DNA of 63,622 nucleotides, counting the filler, from Hyphochytrium catenoides (Eukaryota > Protista > Hyphochytriomycota): the NCBI GenBank assembly GCA_900088475.1. It is 10 parts of 10 records of this genome, joined end to end, with 100 filler letters (N's around TTAATTAATTAA, not from the genome) between each part and the next. Parts side by side here need not be neighbours in the genome. Positions count along the whole stretch, not along the records: positions 1 to 19,728 come from FLMG01000343.1; 9 more parts are not named here. One strand, written 5' to 3'. This document shows positions 1 to 12,300 of this stretch, piece after piece. Below the pieces are notes generated by a model that was not told the origin of the DNA, did not search any database, and was given only the letters and a program-made list of their open reading frames with translations. Positions within the stretch are counted from its first letter, which is position 1. Every line of letters begins with the position of its first letter. The position numbers were made by a program, and so were the translations under genes.

Positions 1-3000
1 TGGACGAGCCACAATATGTATTTATGGATCAGGAAATCCACAGGGAAGCGAGGGCGGTGCGCTATGATCAGGCAGCAAAAGAGAAGAGAGCCGAGAGGAA
101 GAACATCCGCCGTTAGTTCTGTCCCAACCTGTTAATCGCAACCGTTGAACAGGGGGAAGGACTTCAACCCTGTGATGCCCATGTTGGATTCGATCGAGAA
201 TGAAGCAGCGCGAAGAAGGGTTAGTATGAAGTAGATAGAGAGGAATGATGGTATTTTGCAAAGTCAGAGCACTACATGGCCCTCTCTAATGACCTAGCCA
301 GGGGGATCTACACAGATTGAGCGGCGTCCGTGCGCCTCCGAGTTGCAAAGTGCTGTCAGCCTAAGGAGACTCAAAGTCTCCTCTGCTCGCTCTCTCGTTA
401 GCCGTCTCTGCCTCGCACCTACCTTACAGGAGTCTTGCAATACACTCGGATGATAAAATCCATCTCCACTCCTGGTGTTGAGGTATAGGGGATCACCATG
501 TAAGCCTTCTTAGGGTGAAGAATCACCCCATCCCTACAGACTTCTCGTGGAGAAGTGTGGGCCTCAGTAGCTTCATTTTTGGTGGCATCAATGGCGATAT
601 CGGACGGAAGGATGTCCCATAGCCTTCCTCGCTCCCCTCTTCCTTGCTCTACAATAGCAAAGCCGATACCTGGGTTGTATCCTCTAATGGGAGAAGAAAG
701 AGGGTGAGAGGCATTGTCAAGGCCAAAGGATACTTTGCTGGAGAGGATGGTAGTAGTAAGCATAGGTGAGAACGCTGTAGCTAACTGTTGTTGACAAAAA
801 ACAGAACCGGAGTCCATCCAGAGGAAGGTGTGAGCTCTGAGTTCTGAAGTACATTCCGCTATCATCTGAGACAAAGGCGCTCGAACACGGCGTCCATGCA
901 ACGGGTTGAGGAGAGCCTAAGCCACAAAAGTCCGAAGAGCAGAAGCTCCAGAGGGTTCCGAATGTAGGGTCTCACCTCTGTGTGGCATCCGGTGTTGCGA
1001 GCATGAGTGAGATAAAGACGGAGACAGACTTGGTGGTGCCCAGCGAGTAGATTCTAAGTTGCGGGTTATAGAAAAAAGAGAGGTCTCCCTGGGGCTGCAC
1101 GTGGAAGCCAGGCTTGAGGCTGTGTGCGTCCATATCTTTTTCTTCCTTCCGACTGGCATCCTGAGCACCCTGTTCCTCGATTTTCTTGGCTGTAAGACCC
1201 ACATCTGGCGGTTCAGCAGGCATTTTCTCACTTTCAAGCATTAGAGAAGCCAGTAGAGATCCGTCATGCAGGTGGAGATCGACTGAGGTTAGGCTGGAGC
1301 TTGATGGACCGATAGATTGTTGGCGATGAGGATTCGGTAAGAAGAGAAGGATGGCCGCGAAACAGAAATAAAGTCAAGCGAGAGCGAGTCAGGAAGGTAA
1401 GACGGCAGGAACAGGGAAGATGACAAGAAAAAACAATGAGAGAAGCAAAGAAAGGGAGTGTGACCGGAAGAGGTAGGAAAATAGGAGCTCACCTCAGCTT
1501 CAAGGAAGCGTCCTCGCGGGAGGAGATTCGTCTTGACTTTGGCGACTCGGATGGCGGCCGCATCTCCTCTGTGGCTTTGTCCTTCTGTTCTGCTGGTGTG
1601 CTAGGGGACGGCGTCGACTTCTTTGGACCTATCTTGTATGGGCCAGCTGCTGAGTATCCCTCCCAGCTCTCCTTGCACATGTATTGGCTGTCAGTAAGAG
1701 AGAGGCCACGAGTCAGGACGGATGGAGAGCCGGCAAGCAGGAGGAGTTTGTCAAGTCAAGTTATTGGTCTATGGAGTGCGCGCACCAGTGAGAGGGAGTC
1801 AGAAGAAACGAGAATTATAGAGACAGGTGGAAAGACACCAGAAGAAATTAAAAATGGAACAGAAATCTCAAAAGGCCCATGACAAGGCTAAGCAATACGA
1901 AAGGTAGCGAGAGAAAGAGAGAGAGAGGGTTTGAAGGCGAGAGAGATAAAGACACATAGAGAAAGCGCGATTGAGGGAGCGAGAGAGGAAAACGAGAGAG
2001 ACAGAGCGAGAGAAAAGAGCAGACGGGCAAGAGATCCATTTAAAGAACTAAGGAACCGTCTCACATGTAGCCGCTATCATCCAGTAACCTGCAGACGTGG
2101 ATGTCCGTAAAGAAGGCCGTAATATCCTTCCACTAATCAACAAAGAAGAGGGAATCAGCGCGCCCCACTGGTTGACTGTTTGTTAACAGTACTGGAGATG
2201 GCAGTACACTTACTGCGTGGCTAAGAGGACCTTGACGAAAGAGATAGGAGCGAGTTGATAGAGCCCAAAAATTGGAGGACCGGAGTTGAAAAGAGAGGCA
2301 AGGAGAACGAGAGAGGTAGCATGAGGGCGAGAGAGAGACCTAAAAGGGCACTGCTCAGGGAAGTTAACAGATCTTCCTTGTAGCTCATTAGTGGGTTACC
2401 TCCATCCAGAAAATTTTGTCATTGTTTTCCCTGTTGAACCCGCATTCTGGGTCATCTTGGAAGGCAATCTCAACATCAGGATTCGCGTTCCACCTGCCAA
2501 GGGAAGAAGGATCGGGACGTCGTGGAACATTGAGAGAGAGAGAGGAGAGCGAGGACAGTGCAAGTGAGAGGGAAACGCCTCACTACTGAAGAAGCATAAC
2601 GAGACCGGAGAACCAGAGCGATGTACTCACAAGTGACTGGAAGGAGACCAATCTCCCTTCCAAGTGTACTGAGGACCCCATGGGTTCCGCAGTTTGAAAA
2701 ACTTTGCAGCACCGACCTGCAAGGATACGGGCACTGTTAGCTTAATATAGGGTTGCAGTTGAGAGCTAAGACAAAACGCGGACACATAGCACAGAGAGAA
2801 GAAACATCCTCCCCTGATGTTAAAGATTTGGTTCTGAATGCCATCCAGCTTGGTGACAGGACTAACCTGCTTAAAGCCCATCACAGGGTAGCCTCTATTT
2901 AGGAGAAGACCATCACTTCCCTGGGCCAGTCTATTCCTATCTGCGGGCAAACGGTTCTCACAGACCAACAGCGATCCCTCTGCAACATAGCCCTTCACCA

Positions 3001-4037
3001 TGTCCCAGAGCAACTTCTTTTCTATCAGCTCTCTTACGCGTTGTGAACCTAGAACTAGCTGTTCTCCGCAGCCGCCTGTCAGATCCACCAATACATTCGT
3101 GATATATCCAGACTTGAAGACCTCATAGCCACCATAGAGCTTGGCGTATGCCTTCTGCAAGAAGGGCAACCACCACTCGTCCATGTCCGTAGAAGTTCCT
3201 CCCAACTAATGTGGCACGTGGCACAAAAAGTAGAGGAAGTAAGGGACTGTGGTCAAGCAACAGGAGAAGGAAGGAACCTGACTGCTGAGAGGGAGCGATG
3301 CAGGAACAGCCCTTACCATCAACTTCTCGCCTGAGAGGGTCGTCTCGGCCACATCCGGGACTACAATCGGCACTAGAGTGTCACAAGTAACGTCTCTCCA
3401 GCTGCCGTCGCGGTAGAAGCGACAGGTATACACGCCATACTTTACGAAGTTTTCTAACTCTTTACAGGCAAAATTTCTCTCTATCAATGCCTTAGGGTGC
3501 GTACTCGCTGCCATGGCTGCCGCCAGGAACCAAGTATCCTTCATCACACCGATGCTAAGATCGTTCTCGCCGAAGGTTCCCTGAGAAAGCAGTGAGGTTC
3601 GCCACAGGTGGTACCGCATGGGCAGCAATAACGAAGAGGGGCATTCAAGGGGGCAATGGCCCCGGAGCAGCCATAAGTAAAACACATTTAGGAGAGTATA
3701 GTCACTCGCACACATCTGAGCAAACAGAGGTAAAGATGAATGCAAACTCAACTGGCTATCGAGAGAGAAAAGTGTAGAGAGGAAAGGGAAAGAGATTTGA
3801 GGAGAGGCAACACCGCACCTTGAAGTAGCAGGGAGAGGGAGAGAGCTCTTGCGGTCGGGCCCATTCGATCCGTTGTCCTTCCTGAATAAACTTCACTAAG
3901 ACACTGTGCGGAATGCTGCCATCTTCACTCTTGGCTATCGAAAAGTCAGCGTCTTTATAGAGGGAGTAGCCAAGCATGCCATCCTCGCTATTGGCAAGAA
4001 TGTGCTGAATGATGGCATCTTCTTCTGAACCCGCCAT
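1..4037 (-). CDS. Calpain-like protein (CysPc domain plus calpain domain III-like regions), multi-exon, 3'-truncated at the window edge; likely catalytically inactive
   Basis: Spliced ORFs give calpain motifs: IEWARPQEL, DTWFLAAA, GVYTCRFYRDGSWRDVTCDTLVP, EWWLPFLQKAYAKLYGGYE, LVDLTGG, KLRNPWG..WKGDWS, FWME, YMVIPYTSTPGVEMDFIIRVY and GWDRTNGGC. ATG at 4035-4037. GT-AG junctions join the frames (e.g. EKLM|LGGTS). Confidence 0.88.
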
Positions 4038-5078
4038 TTTATAGCCCTTCTCTGGGGTCTTCCTTCGAAGCCCTGGCCAGAGAGATGACAACAACCTCAA
4101 AGAGACAGGGCTAATATCGTTGCCGAGCCTGAGACTTCACGGCCTCCCCTTTGGCTCTGTCTGTCTGCAGATTGTCTTCAGCCCAAGAAGTATCGACACC
4201 GATGGAGCATCGCAGGAAGCGCAGGCCGGAGCGATACGAACGGCGCCCAAGCATCGACTGTCCGCGATACCGTTTTACTTCGGGTAGTATCCCGAATAGG
4301 TCTCTTTATATATGAATATATGACTGTTATTATTTCGAATGCCTGGCCGTGATGATCTTCTGTAACGACCAAGATCTGCGTTAGTCCATACAGTACGACT
4401 AGTAGCAGACAGTGCATCACACTTCACACACTGCGAAATGAACAGCTGTGGCCATCGAGTGATGAGGACCGAGCACGAGGAACAGAGTTTGGCATCAGTA
4501 AAAGGCGATCAAGATACCTGAGGGCCTGCAGCGGCATGAGGGCCGCGAGCAATCGTATATCTTGGCGAATCGTCAGGTTACAAGCCTTTTCGCTGCTAGG
4601 AAATGCATGCAACGTCACAATCACGATGGTATTGCATCTTTTGATGCGGTATATTTATCTAACACCTACGCTCGTCGTAGGGGTGGCGCATGATTTCTTT
4701 ATCTCAGCGGAGCGCTTGCGACATCACTTTTCTCATCTTTCATAAGACATTTTTATTATAGATCGCTGTATGGGCGGTCAGGCTCCTGAGGATGTTACAG
4801 TGGCATTGTGCCCTGGGCAGTCCATCCCTTCTCCTTTCTTATAATAATATTACGATACTACTGCCCAATGCCTGGGCAAACTGTGATTCAAGAACTCAGG
4901 GCCTCTTGCTGCCGGTAGCCAATGGCAGAGTTCCATTGTCAACAAAACGAGGGCCTTTGGCTCTTTCCTAGACTTGTCCGCGAACGACAGAGCTTCGTTG
5001 AGACGCGCTAACATGCCATCCCAGCCAGCCGCACTAATCAGTAGGAGATTCTTTTGTGCGTAAGGCCATTTTCCATGA

Positions 5079-6875
5079 TCACTCTTCCATTGGTGTCGAT
5101 GTGCCTCCTCGGCCAGGCGGGGATGGTTTCTTCATCTTTGACCACTCCCGAATGCAGTCCAGAAACAGATCTGCACTATCACTGCGCTCTCGCGAGCCAT
5201 TTTTCCTAGCTTTGACAATAGCGCTGTGTTCAGCTCGGCTAGTACCTGCGGTAGAACCTCCGCCTGTACCATTAAGCCCAGCCCCACTTAAAGACCTTTT
5301 CCCGATCTTCGGTGTGGACTTTTTGCTATCTCCATCCCCACGGGAGTACGCCATAGGAGACGCCTTTGGTAAGGCGCCACTTCCTCCAGCGTTGTGAGTA
5401 CCATTGTTGTTTGCTGTTGAGATACCTAAGTTGGCCCACGATCCTGCAGACTTCTGGAGTCCCAGCATCGTCTGGGTGACCTCATCCGCATCTGCACGAA
5501 CCAAGGTTAGAAGGATTGAAAGCGGACAAACAACCAGAGGTGCTTACCTGAAGCAGCGACACCCGAAACGCTCTGACCCCTAGAACCTCCAGAAGCTGAA
5601 TCGTGATCGTGGTCGTCAGACTCAGTCTCTGAGTCGGAGCCAGGCGAGCGTCCGTGGATTCCAGGGTCAAGTCCACCAATCCCTGGTGCACCTCCTCCTG
5701 CCGCTCTCTCTCTCTGTTTTGCTGCCTGTCGGCTTCTTCTCCTTGAAGTCGAGTACCAATGGTTCTTGATAGCATTGTCCGTCCTGAGAGAAATCAAGAA
5801 GGTGGTGAGGATATTGTCTAGCTTGTCTAGCGGAGTGGTATTGTTTGCCCACAAGTAGGGTGTTTTTACCTTCCCGGAAGCAACTTGGCTATCTCTGCCC
5901 ATTTATTTCCTATGCGCTCTTGAGCGGCAAAGATGATCTGAGTTTCCTCAGTCCTCCATGGCGCCTTGTCAATTGAAGGATCGAGATAGTTCAACCAGCG
6001 AGTCCTACACTGTTTGGGTGTCCTATCCGGCAGCTGTTCTGCTATTTTAGCCCACCGCTTGGTTCCATGCTCTTTTACAAACTTGAGAATGGCCTCATCA
6101 TCTTCTGGCGTCCAGGGCCTTCGAGGCGGTGCATTGGCTGAGCCTTTCTTTCCTTTCTTCTTCAAATCTTTGTTGGCTGGCGGACCGGCGGTTGCTGACG
6201 CAGGCTTATTTTCATCACTCCATGCAGGCAGGGCTTTGGTTGTTAGAGGAGTGACGGGTATTTCGACCTTAGGAGCTCCTGGTTGGATCTCGGCTTTGAT
6301 GGCGGGCGTCTCAGACCTCTTGGTCGTGTCGGCTGTCACTTCAAGGAGGACGTCGGTCAGTCAACAGCCTCCCATAACTTGTAAAAAGTGCTATGTTGGA
6401 GGGCTCATCAATACCTGATACTGGGGAAGTTGAGAAGGTCATCAGTTTTAGATTGCCTGCGAGTGCAGTAGCCGGCGTAATGGATGGATTCGTAGGACTT
6501 GGGTGTGGATTGCTCTGCCTGTTTCTATCATCTTCTATCCCGGCGGCATCAACCTTCAGCATTTTACTCCGTATAAGCTTCTTGAGCGAAATGGACTCCA
6601 CATCCTGGTCATAACGTAAGTATTAGCTCTCATGATGACCGACAACGCACAGACCGTTCGGAAGAGACAAAATGGGAAAATCTTACCCTCTCATCCTTCC
6701 TCTCATCCCTCCCGGGAACCGTATCCTTGGCAACTCCATCGTTGCCCTCAACAGCTTTTTCTTTCTCGGTGAGGTCTTTAGTTAACCCTTGTTTAGGCAC
6801 CACCGTTCCCGAATCTGCTGGGTTTGGCGACTGAATAGGTTCCACCGCAGGACTAGTCGCTGCATTTGTTGCCAT
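5079..6875 (-). CDS. R2R3-type MYB transcription factor (5 exons)
   Basis: RRPWTPEDDEAILKFVKEHGTKRWAKIAEQLPDRTPKQCRTRWLNYLDP.. and WRTEETQIIFAAQERIGNKWAEIAKLLPGR|TDNAIKNHWY. Introns about 6605-6686, 6339-6414, 5784-5869 and one near 5496-5547, all frame-compatible. Ends in TGA. Confidence 0.93.
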
Positions 6876-9349
6876 CAGGTCAGATTCTGGCGTTCCTAAA
6901 AGTTACCAGGCGTCAAAGGACAACATATGAACTGGCGAGATGCATCACAAAAGCTCAAGTACCTTGCGTGCCCTGGGCCGTCGTCTCAGAGGCTAGGACG
7001 GTGCACATAGGTGCCCATGCATGCAATCGAACTCTGATTTTTGGTACCCAAGCGCTTAGGTCTTTGAGAAGAGCTCACCAAACGGGACGTAAGCCCCAAG
7101 AGCTGCGCTGTTTCGATATCACCACTACTATGATACTACCTAAGAAAGCCACGTGCAAGTCTGCTGATGTCGTTGAGGAGGCNNNNNNNNNNNNNNNNNN
7201 NNNNNNNNNNNNNNNNNNNNNNNNNNNNNNNNNNNNAGACTCCGAACCGCTGCGAACCGCTTGTGCCTTCTCTTTCTCCCTCTCTGTCTCCTCCCGCCAA
7301 GGTTGCTGTTCGCAGGCAGAGTAGGGCGCGTTTCATCCCTCGCCTTCGTCTGTGTCTGGCGGCACGCCGGCAGCGTTGAGTTGAGCTGTGTGGTTCACTC
7401 GCGCGGTGTTACGCTTTTCTCTTCCCAGGGCGTTTTTGCCGTATTCTTGCCAATCTGTGTAAATTAACAATTTCAGAGGGGTAGGACCATGTCATTATGA
7501 CAGGGAGTATGAGGAGCAAGTAGGTACAAGGGGTACTCAATTTGTCAGGTGTGCGACAACTATGCAGTGTTTTTCAACACATACTTAGCGGACTGCTATG
7601 GATTTTCTTCAGAGGTGATACCTTACATAACTCCGACATTTACGCCTTAAACCTGACAGTTTGAGCATTGTCAATTATCACGTCAGGGTTGTACCTTTTG
7701 GTGGTCAGAGGCGTGATAAAACCGAGTGAGCAAGGAAGCCCATAGACAATGTTCGACGTACATGTATTAGCTAGGACTTCGCCACCCCAGGCGCTGGTGA
7801 TGGCTTGGAACGCTCCAGTATACATTTTCCAAGTCAACGAGGTTACACGCTACTTCTCAGAAGTATTCCACCCACCTTTCTAGCGGGTAACGGCAATGAG
7901 ATGTGGCTTGCTTAGGTCAGATGAAAAGGAGGTTACTGAGGGAATGATCGTGAATATCTGCTTTTCTTAGCCTATTATTTGATATCCCACAAGGCTTCTC
8001 TTACCTTAATCTTGATCTGATCAGGATAAGCGAATGGGCTTTAATTGATCCTTTTTTCGTGGCCATGAGGGAAGGGTGGGGAACTGTAAACACACCACTC
8101 ATGACAACACTACTCAAACTCACGGCTGGGGGTGTTACATTTCCAAACCCATACAGATAAAAAACTCACAAAGGTATTGGGTGGAGATGTGATCTCTATA
8201 ATCGATGGGTATCTTACTAACACAGAATCGGAAAGTTAACTCACGCCACCCTTGGGGCCTTCGTAGAACATTTCGAAATCCGGCGCGTTCCTATTATTGA
8301 CGTCATTTAGAACTAAACATCCTCCTTGGGTCCATATTACTACTCTCTAGATCAGCCTCTCTCGTGCAGCTTCTCTTCATCACATCTTCACCGCATGAAT
8401 TAGGTATTCCCACAAGTCAACAAATCGCAACTGTATAGTACAATGAGCTTGTTTCTCCCTAGTGATTTGAGATTCTCATGGATGATCAAGGCCTAGAATT
8501 TGTTAGTGAGGTGAGTGAGTGGTGGGGAGCGCCGCAGCTTGTCCGTTATTGAGAGCGCACAGGCTGTAGATCCTGAGGATACTACAGAGATAGTAGAGTC
8601 TACAGATAAATGGACTAGGTGATGACTGCGAGGGCAAGCCCACAAGAGTTCATTCAGACCAGCAGAGATCCATTGATCTATCTCCAAAGAAAGCAGCACT
8701 GCCACGACGAAGTTAGGTACCCATTATAGCCAGGCTATACAGCATGATGAGAGCCGATGTCGTCAGCAATTGCCCCGCGGGTTTGGAGGCTAGACGGGCT
8801 TGGGGCTTAGCACAGAAAGGGAGCAGGACGACGATGTGCAATGCTGGCGGCTCTCGCGTGTGTCATGGGTCCTCAAAGTGCTTGTGACCATGAAGGCTTT
8901 GTCATAAAGACTTCTGTAGCCAGAGACACTCACGTCTGCAATAAACCGTGAGATTCTCTGAAGGGACAAAAGCTTATATGACAAAGCTGATTAGGCCCAC
9001 CATTCAGGAGAGCTATTCTATAAACGTCATCCCACGTATCCCCATGTATATGTCAGGACACAAGCTCCTCCTGAGCGAGGAAACTGTAGCCTGTGTTCGT
9101 TACATGCATGGGACAGTAAAGTCTGGCGCTACTGAGAGATCGTCTTGATTTTCTCCCTAGTGCTGAGTTGGAGAGGATGAGAGTGGAAGGCAGAACACCC
9201 GCTAACTCTGGCTTCCTAGATCATCTCCTCACATTCACTATATAAACCCTTCCTAACTTTTTCACTTGTCCTACTACTTTTCGCATAGAAGTTACATAAA
9301 ATTAATATTGATTGCATCAAGCTTCGACTATCCCCTTACTATGGACCTG

Positions 9350-12300
9350 CTACGAGTCTTCGACAGACCAACGATTCATGTTGGAGATGTCCGCGTAAAG
9401 TTCATCCCAGTCCTTGTTGTCATCTACGCTCGGCAAGGGACTACTACTCTCTTGGACTAAGGGTGCTCTGGGGGGCTCTCTCATCCCGTACAGAGAGGGG
9501 ATTGAGGGAGGCCGTACCAAACGGCTAAGTAAAGATTCCTGCTCTACAACTGCAGGAGCAAGCGGATGGAGATTCGGCTCTGCAACACCCACAGCCCGGA
9601 GTGGGTCACTCTTCCCATCATCTCCCCATCCATCTCTCTTGGAGTCATGAAGGAGCCAAATAGAACTGCCAGTGGTGTTCTGCATTGGGAGAAAGAGTCT
9701 TAGAGAGCTTTGTAACCTTGCCAGGAAACATAGCGAAATTGTTTGAGAGAGGAGACAGTCTTTAAGGGCAACCAACACTAAGAAGCACTAGAGGGACAGC
9801 CTCAAGTCAATCATGCACGAGACGCTGAGGAGTGACCCCAATGGTTACTTGCCTGGAAGGCATCCTCGTGGCTGTCCCAAGGCATAACAGTTGATGGCTG
9901 CTCTCTGAATGGGTTGGTGAAGTCTATTGCGCTGTTGTCTATGGTCAAGAAGCCTGCCAAAGAATTAGAATCATCTCCTACAAAGATGCATAGATAAAAA
10001 CAAGAGGAAAGAGAGAGAGGGCAAAAGATAGAGACAATGGAGAAAGAAAAGACGTACGATACTAACTATAACCCCTGTTATCTGCTGTGACTAGATGGAG
10101 GTTAGGAACAGTCTACAACATCAAAGCAGCTAAGCAAGTCTCACCCTGTGGCTCCATTAGGTGAGTATCAGGATGTCTGGGTGGTGATTGGTGGTGCTCT
10201 GGCTCTCTCCTTTGAGGCAGCTCTCTTTCGAGAACAATGGGTTCTTCTCTAGGAAAAGGTACGCCCTCCACATGATCTTCCCCAGCTGGAGATGCAGGCA
10301 AGGCGGGCACAGGCTCTGGGCTGTGTGCTATTGAAAGAAGAGGGTGGGGAACTCTACTATCGGGGGTCTGAATGACATCCATTGCGGTCCAGTTGTCGAG
10401 ATGATTGGCAGGAAGGAGGAACGGTCAGTGCAGACATAAAGCAAAGGAGTACCTCTATCTCTTACCTTGGAGACGCGGACAAATCTCTGAGGTTCGATCC
10501 CCACAGTCTGCGCTTTGAGCCGATAGCAGGAGCAGAGGTTCAGGACATCGTAACGGTGGAATCGATTCATTGGCGGCAAGTCTATGGAGTCCGCTTCTTT
10601 GGAGGCAAGGAGCTTGTCCAACGTCTCTTCTATTTCTCTCAGAAGTCCTGGCTCCTCTTTCGCGAACTTCACGAGGGCATCCGAGTACGAGAAGGACTCT
10701 TCCGTAGACGGAGCTCTACCAGTCGAAGCAGGCAGACCTTCTTCCTCAGGACTAGAAGTCCGTGGTACACCAGACGCTGCTTTATTACCCTGCTTGGCTG
10801 CTTGCTGGCTTCTCAGCTCCTTCATTGCCGCGGTGGACAGCAAAATGGTAGGTACAAAGCTCTCGGACGTCTACAAGACATTCGAAACAGTTACAAGAAG
10901 GCAAAAAGAGAGCGACCGACCTCAATCAATGGCCCTACCTTTGTGACCAGCAGCATCCGCTTTGAATCTGTTCCTGAGATGGATGAGCGTAGTCTGTAGG
11001 AGGCTGAAAGTTGAAGGATTGCTTCTTGTTCCTCTCGAGAGGACGGAATGATAGTCGAGCTACCTCCCACAGGAAGGTCAGAGAGCATACGCTGAAACTT
11101 TCTCTCCGTGGCCTTTACCAAGTCAAGGTTTTTGGCGGCAAATGAGGTCAAGGAAGATGGGTAGCCACTTCGCCTAAAGCGGGAAGATTGGCTCGTCGGC
11201 CTTAATGATTGCAACACTGAAGCTTGATCCTTTCCTCGAGCTGGTTCTCTTTCCCTTGAGCTTCCGTAGTTCGCCCGAGGATAAGCCTCTTCTGATCTGC
11301 TAGAAGAAGGACCAGAACTCCCGTTTATATTTGCGGTAGTCCTCTCGCCGCCTGTTGCCTTGGGTGGAAGGTCATTAGACTTCGCCGCCGCCGCCGCCGC
11401 CTTGAGACACGCTTCGTCGCATTCAAGATACTCCGCACTACTACCTCTGACAAGCTCCTTCCGTCGTCCGCAACGACAAGCAATGCTGTGTACCCTAAGG
11501 ATGAAAGTAGGTAAGTCTTGGACTAAGGACTATAACGGCAGTGGGAACGAAAGGCATAAAATTGCAGAAAAGTTTGAAAACAGATCAAAAGAAACAAAGG
11601 GGCTAAAGGATTTCACTCCTTAACCAATGGGATACATCGTCCGAGTTAAGCTGGTAAGCAACAGAATGCAGTATTGACTGTTACCTTCGAGTTGTCCCCC
11701 TGCTCAGCCCAGCAGCAGGAGGAGCTAGAGTTGGCCCTTCGAGCTTCTTTTCGACCCTCTCAGCACTAGGCTCAGGTATGGCCGTAATGGTGGGACCACT
11801 ACCGGTGCCATCATTAACCCCACCTGCCGAGGCAGGCGCAGGGGCGGCCTTCTTCTTCACGATTTGGAGCTCTGTGAAATCTGCCCATTCCAGCCTTGCT
11901 GCTGTGCCAGTCTTGGAGTCGTAGCTAGCCCTAGAAGAGCCAGGCGGAACTCTTCCTGTCACCACCTGCTGCAAGGTGTTCTCTACGTCCATTACTAAGT
12001 TGAGATGATCAGCTCCAAAGGCAACCAGAGAGGACGAGTAGCCATAGGTATTCCCGAACGATGGGGGTTGCTGCTCAGAAGCTACCGACAAGAGAGATGC
12101 TGGGATCTGGCTGTCTTCGGTCTGTAAGGAAACACCAGTAAGAACAACTACAAGTAAAAAGACGTAACGTTGACCCTTTCCCTACTCCTCTCACTTATAA
12201 ACGCAATGACCTCTTGGTCCTATCGCTTCTCCTAAGACGCAAGTTTCGAAATGACTCACCTTCCGGATCTCGATGTACCTATTTGGGTCAACGCCAAACA

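Noticed and set aside
7400-9300. Short ORFs in the MYB to E3-ligase intergenic region
   Set aside because: No motifs, consistent splice chain, tRNA boxes or repeats were recognised.
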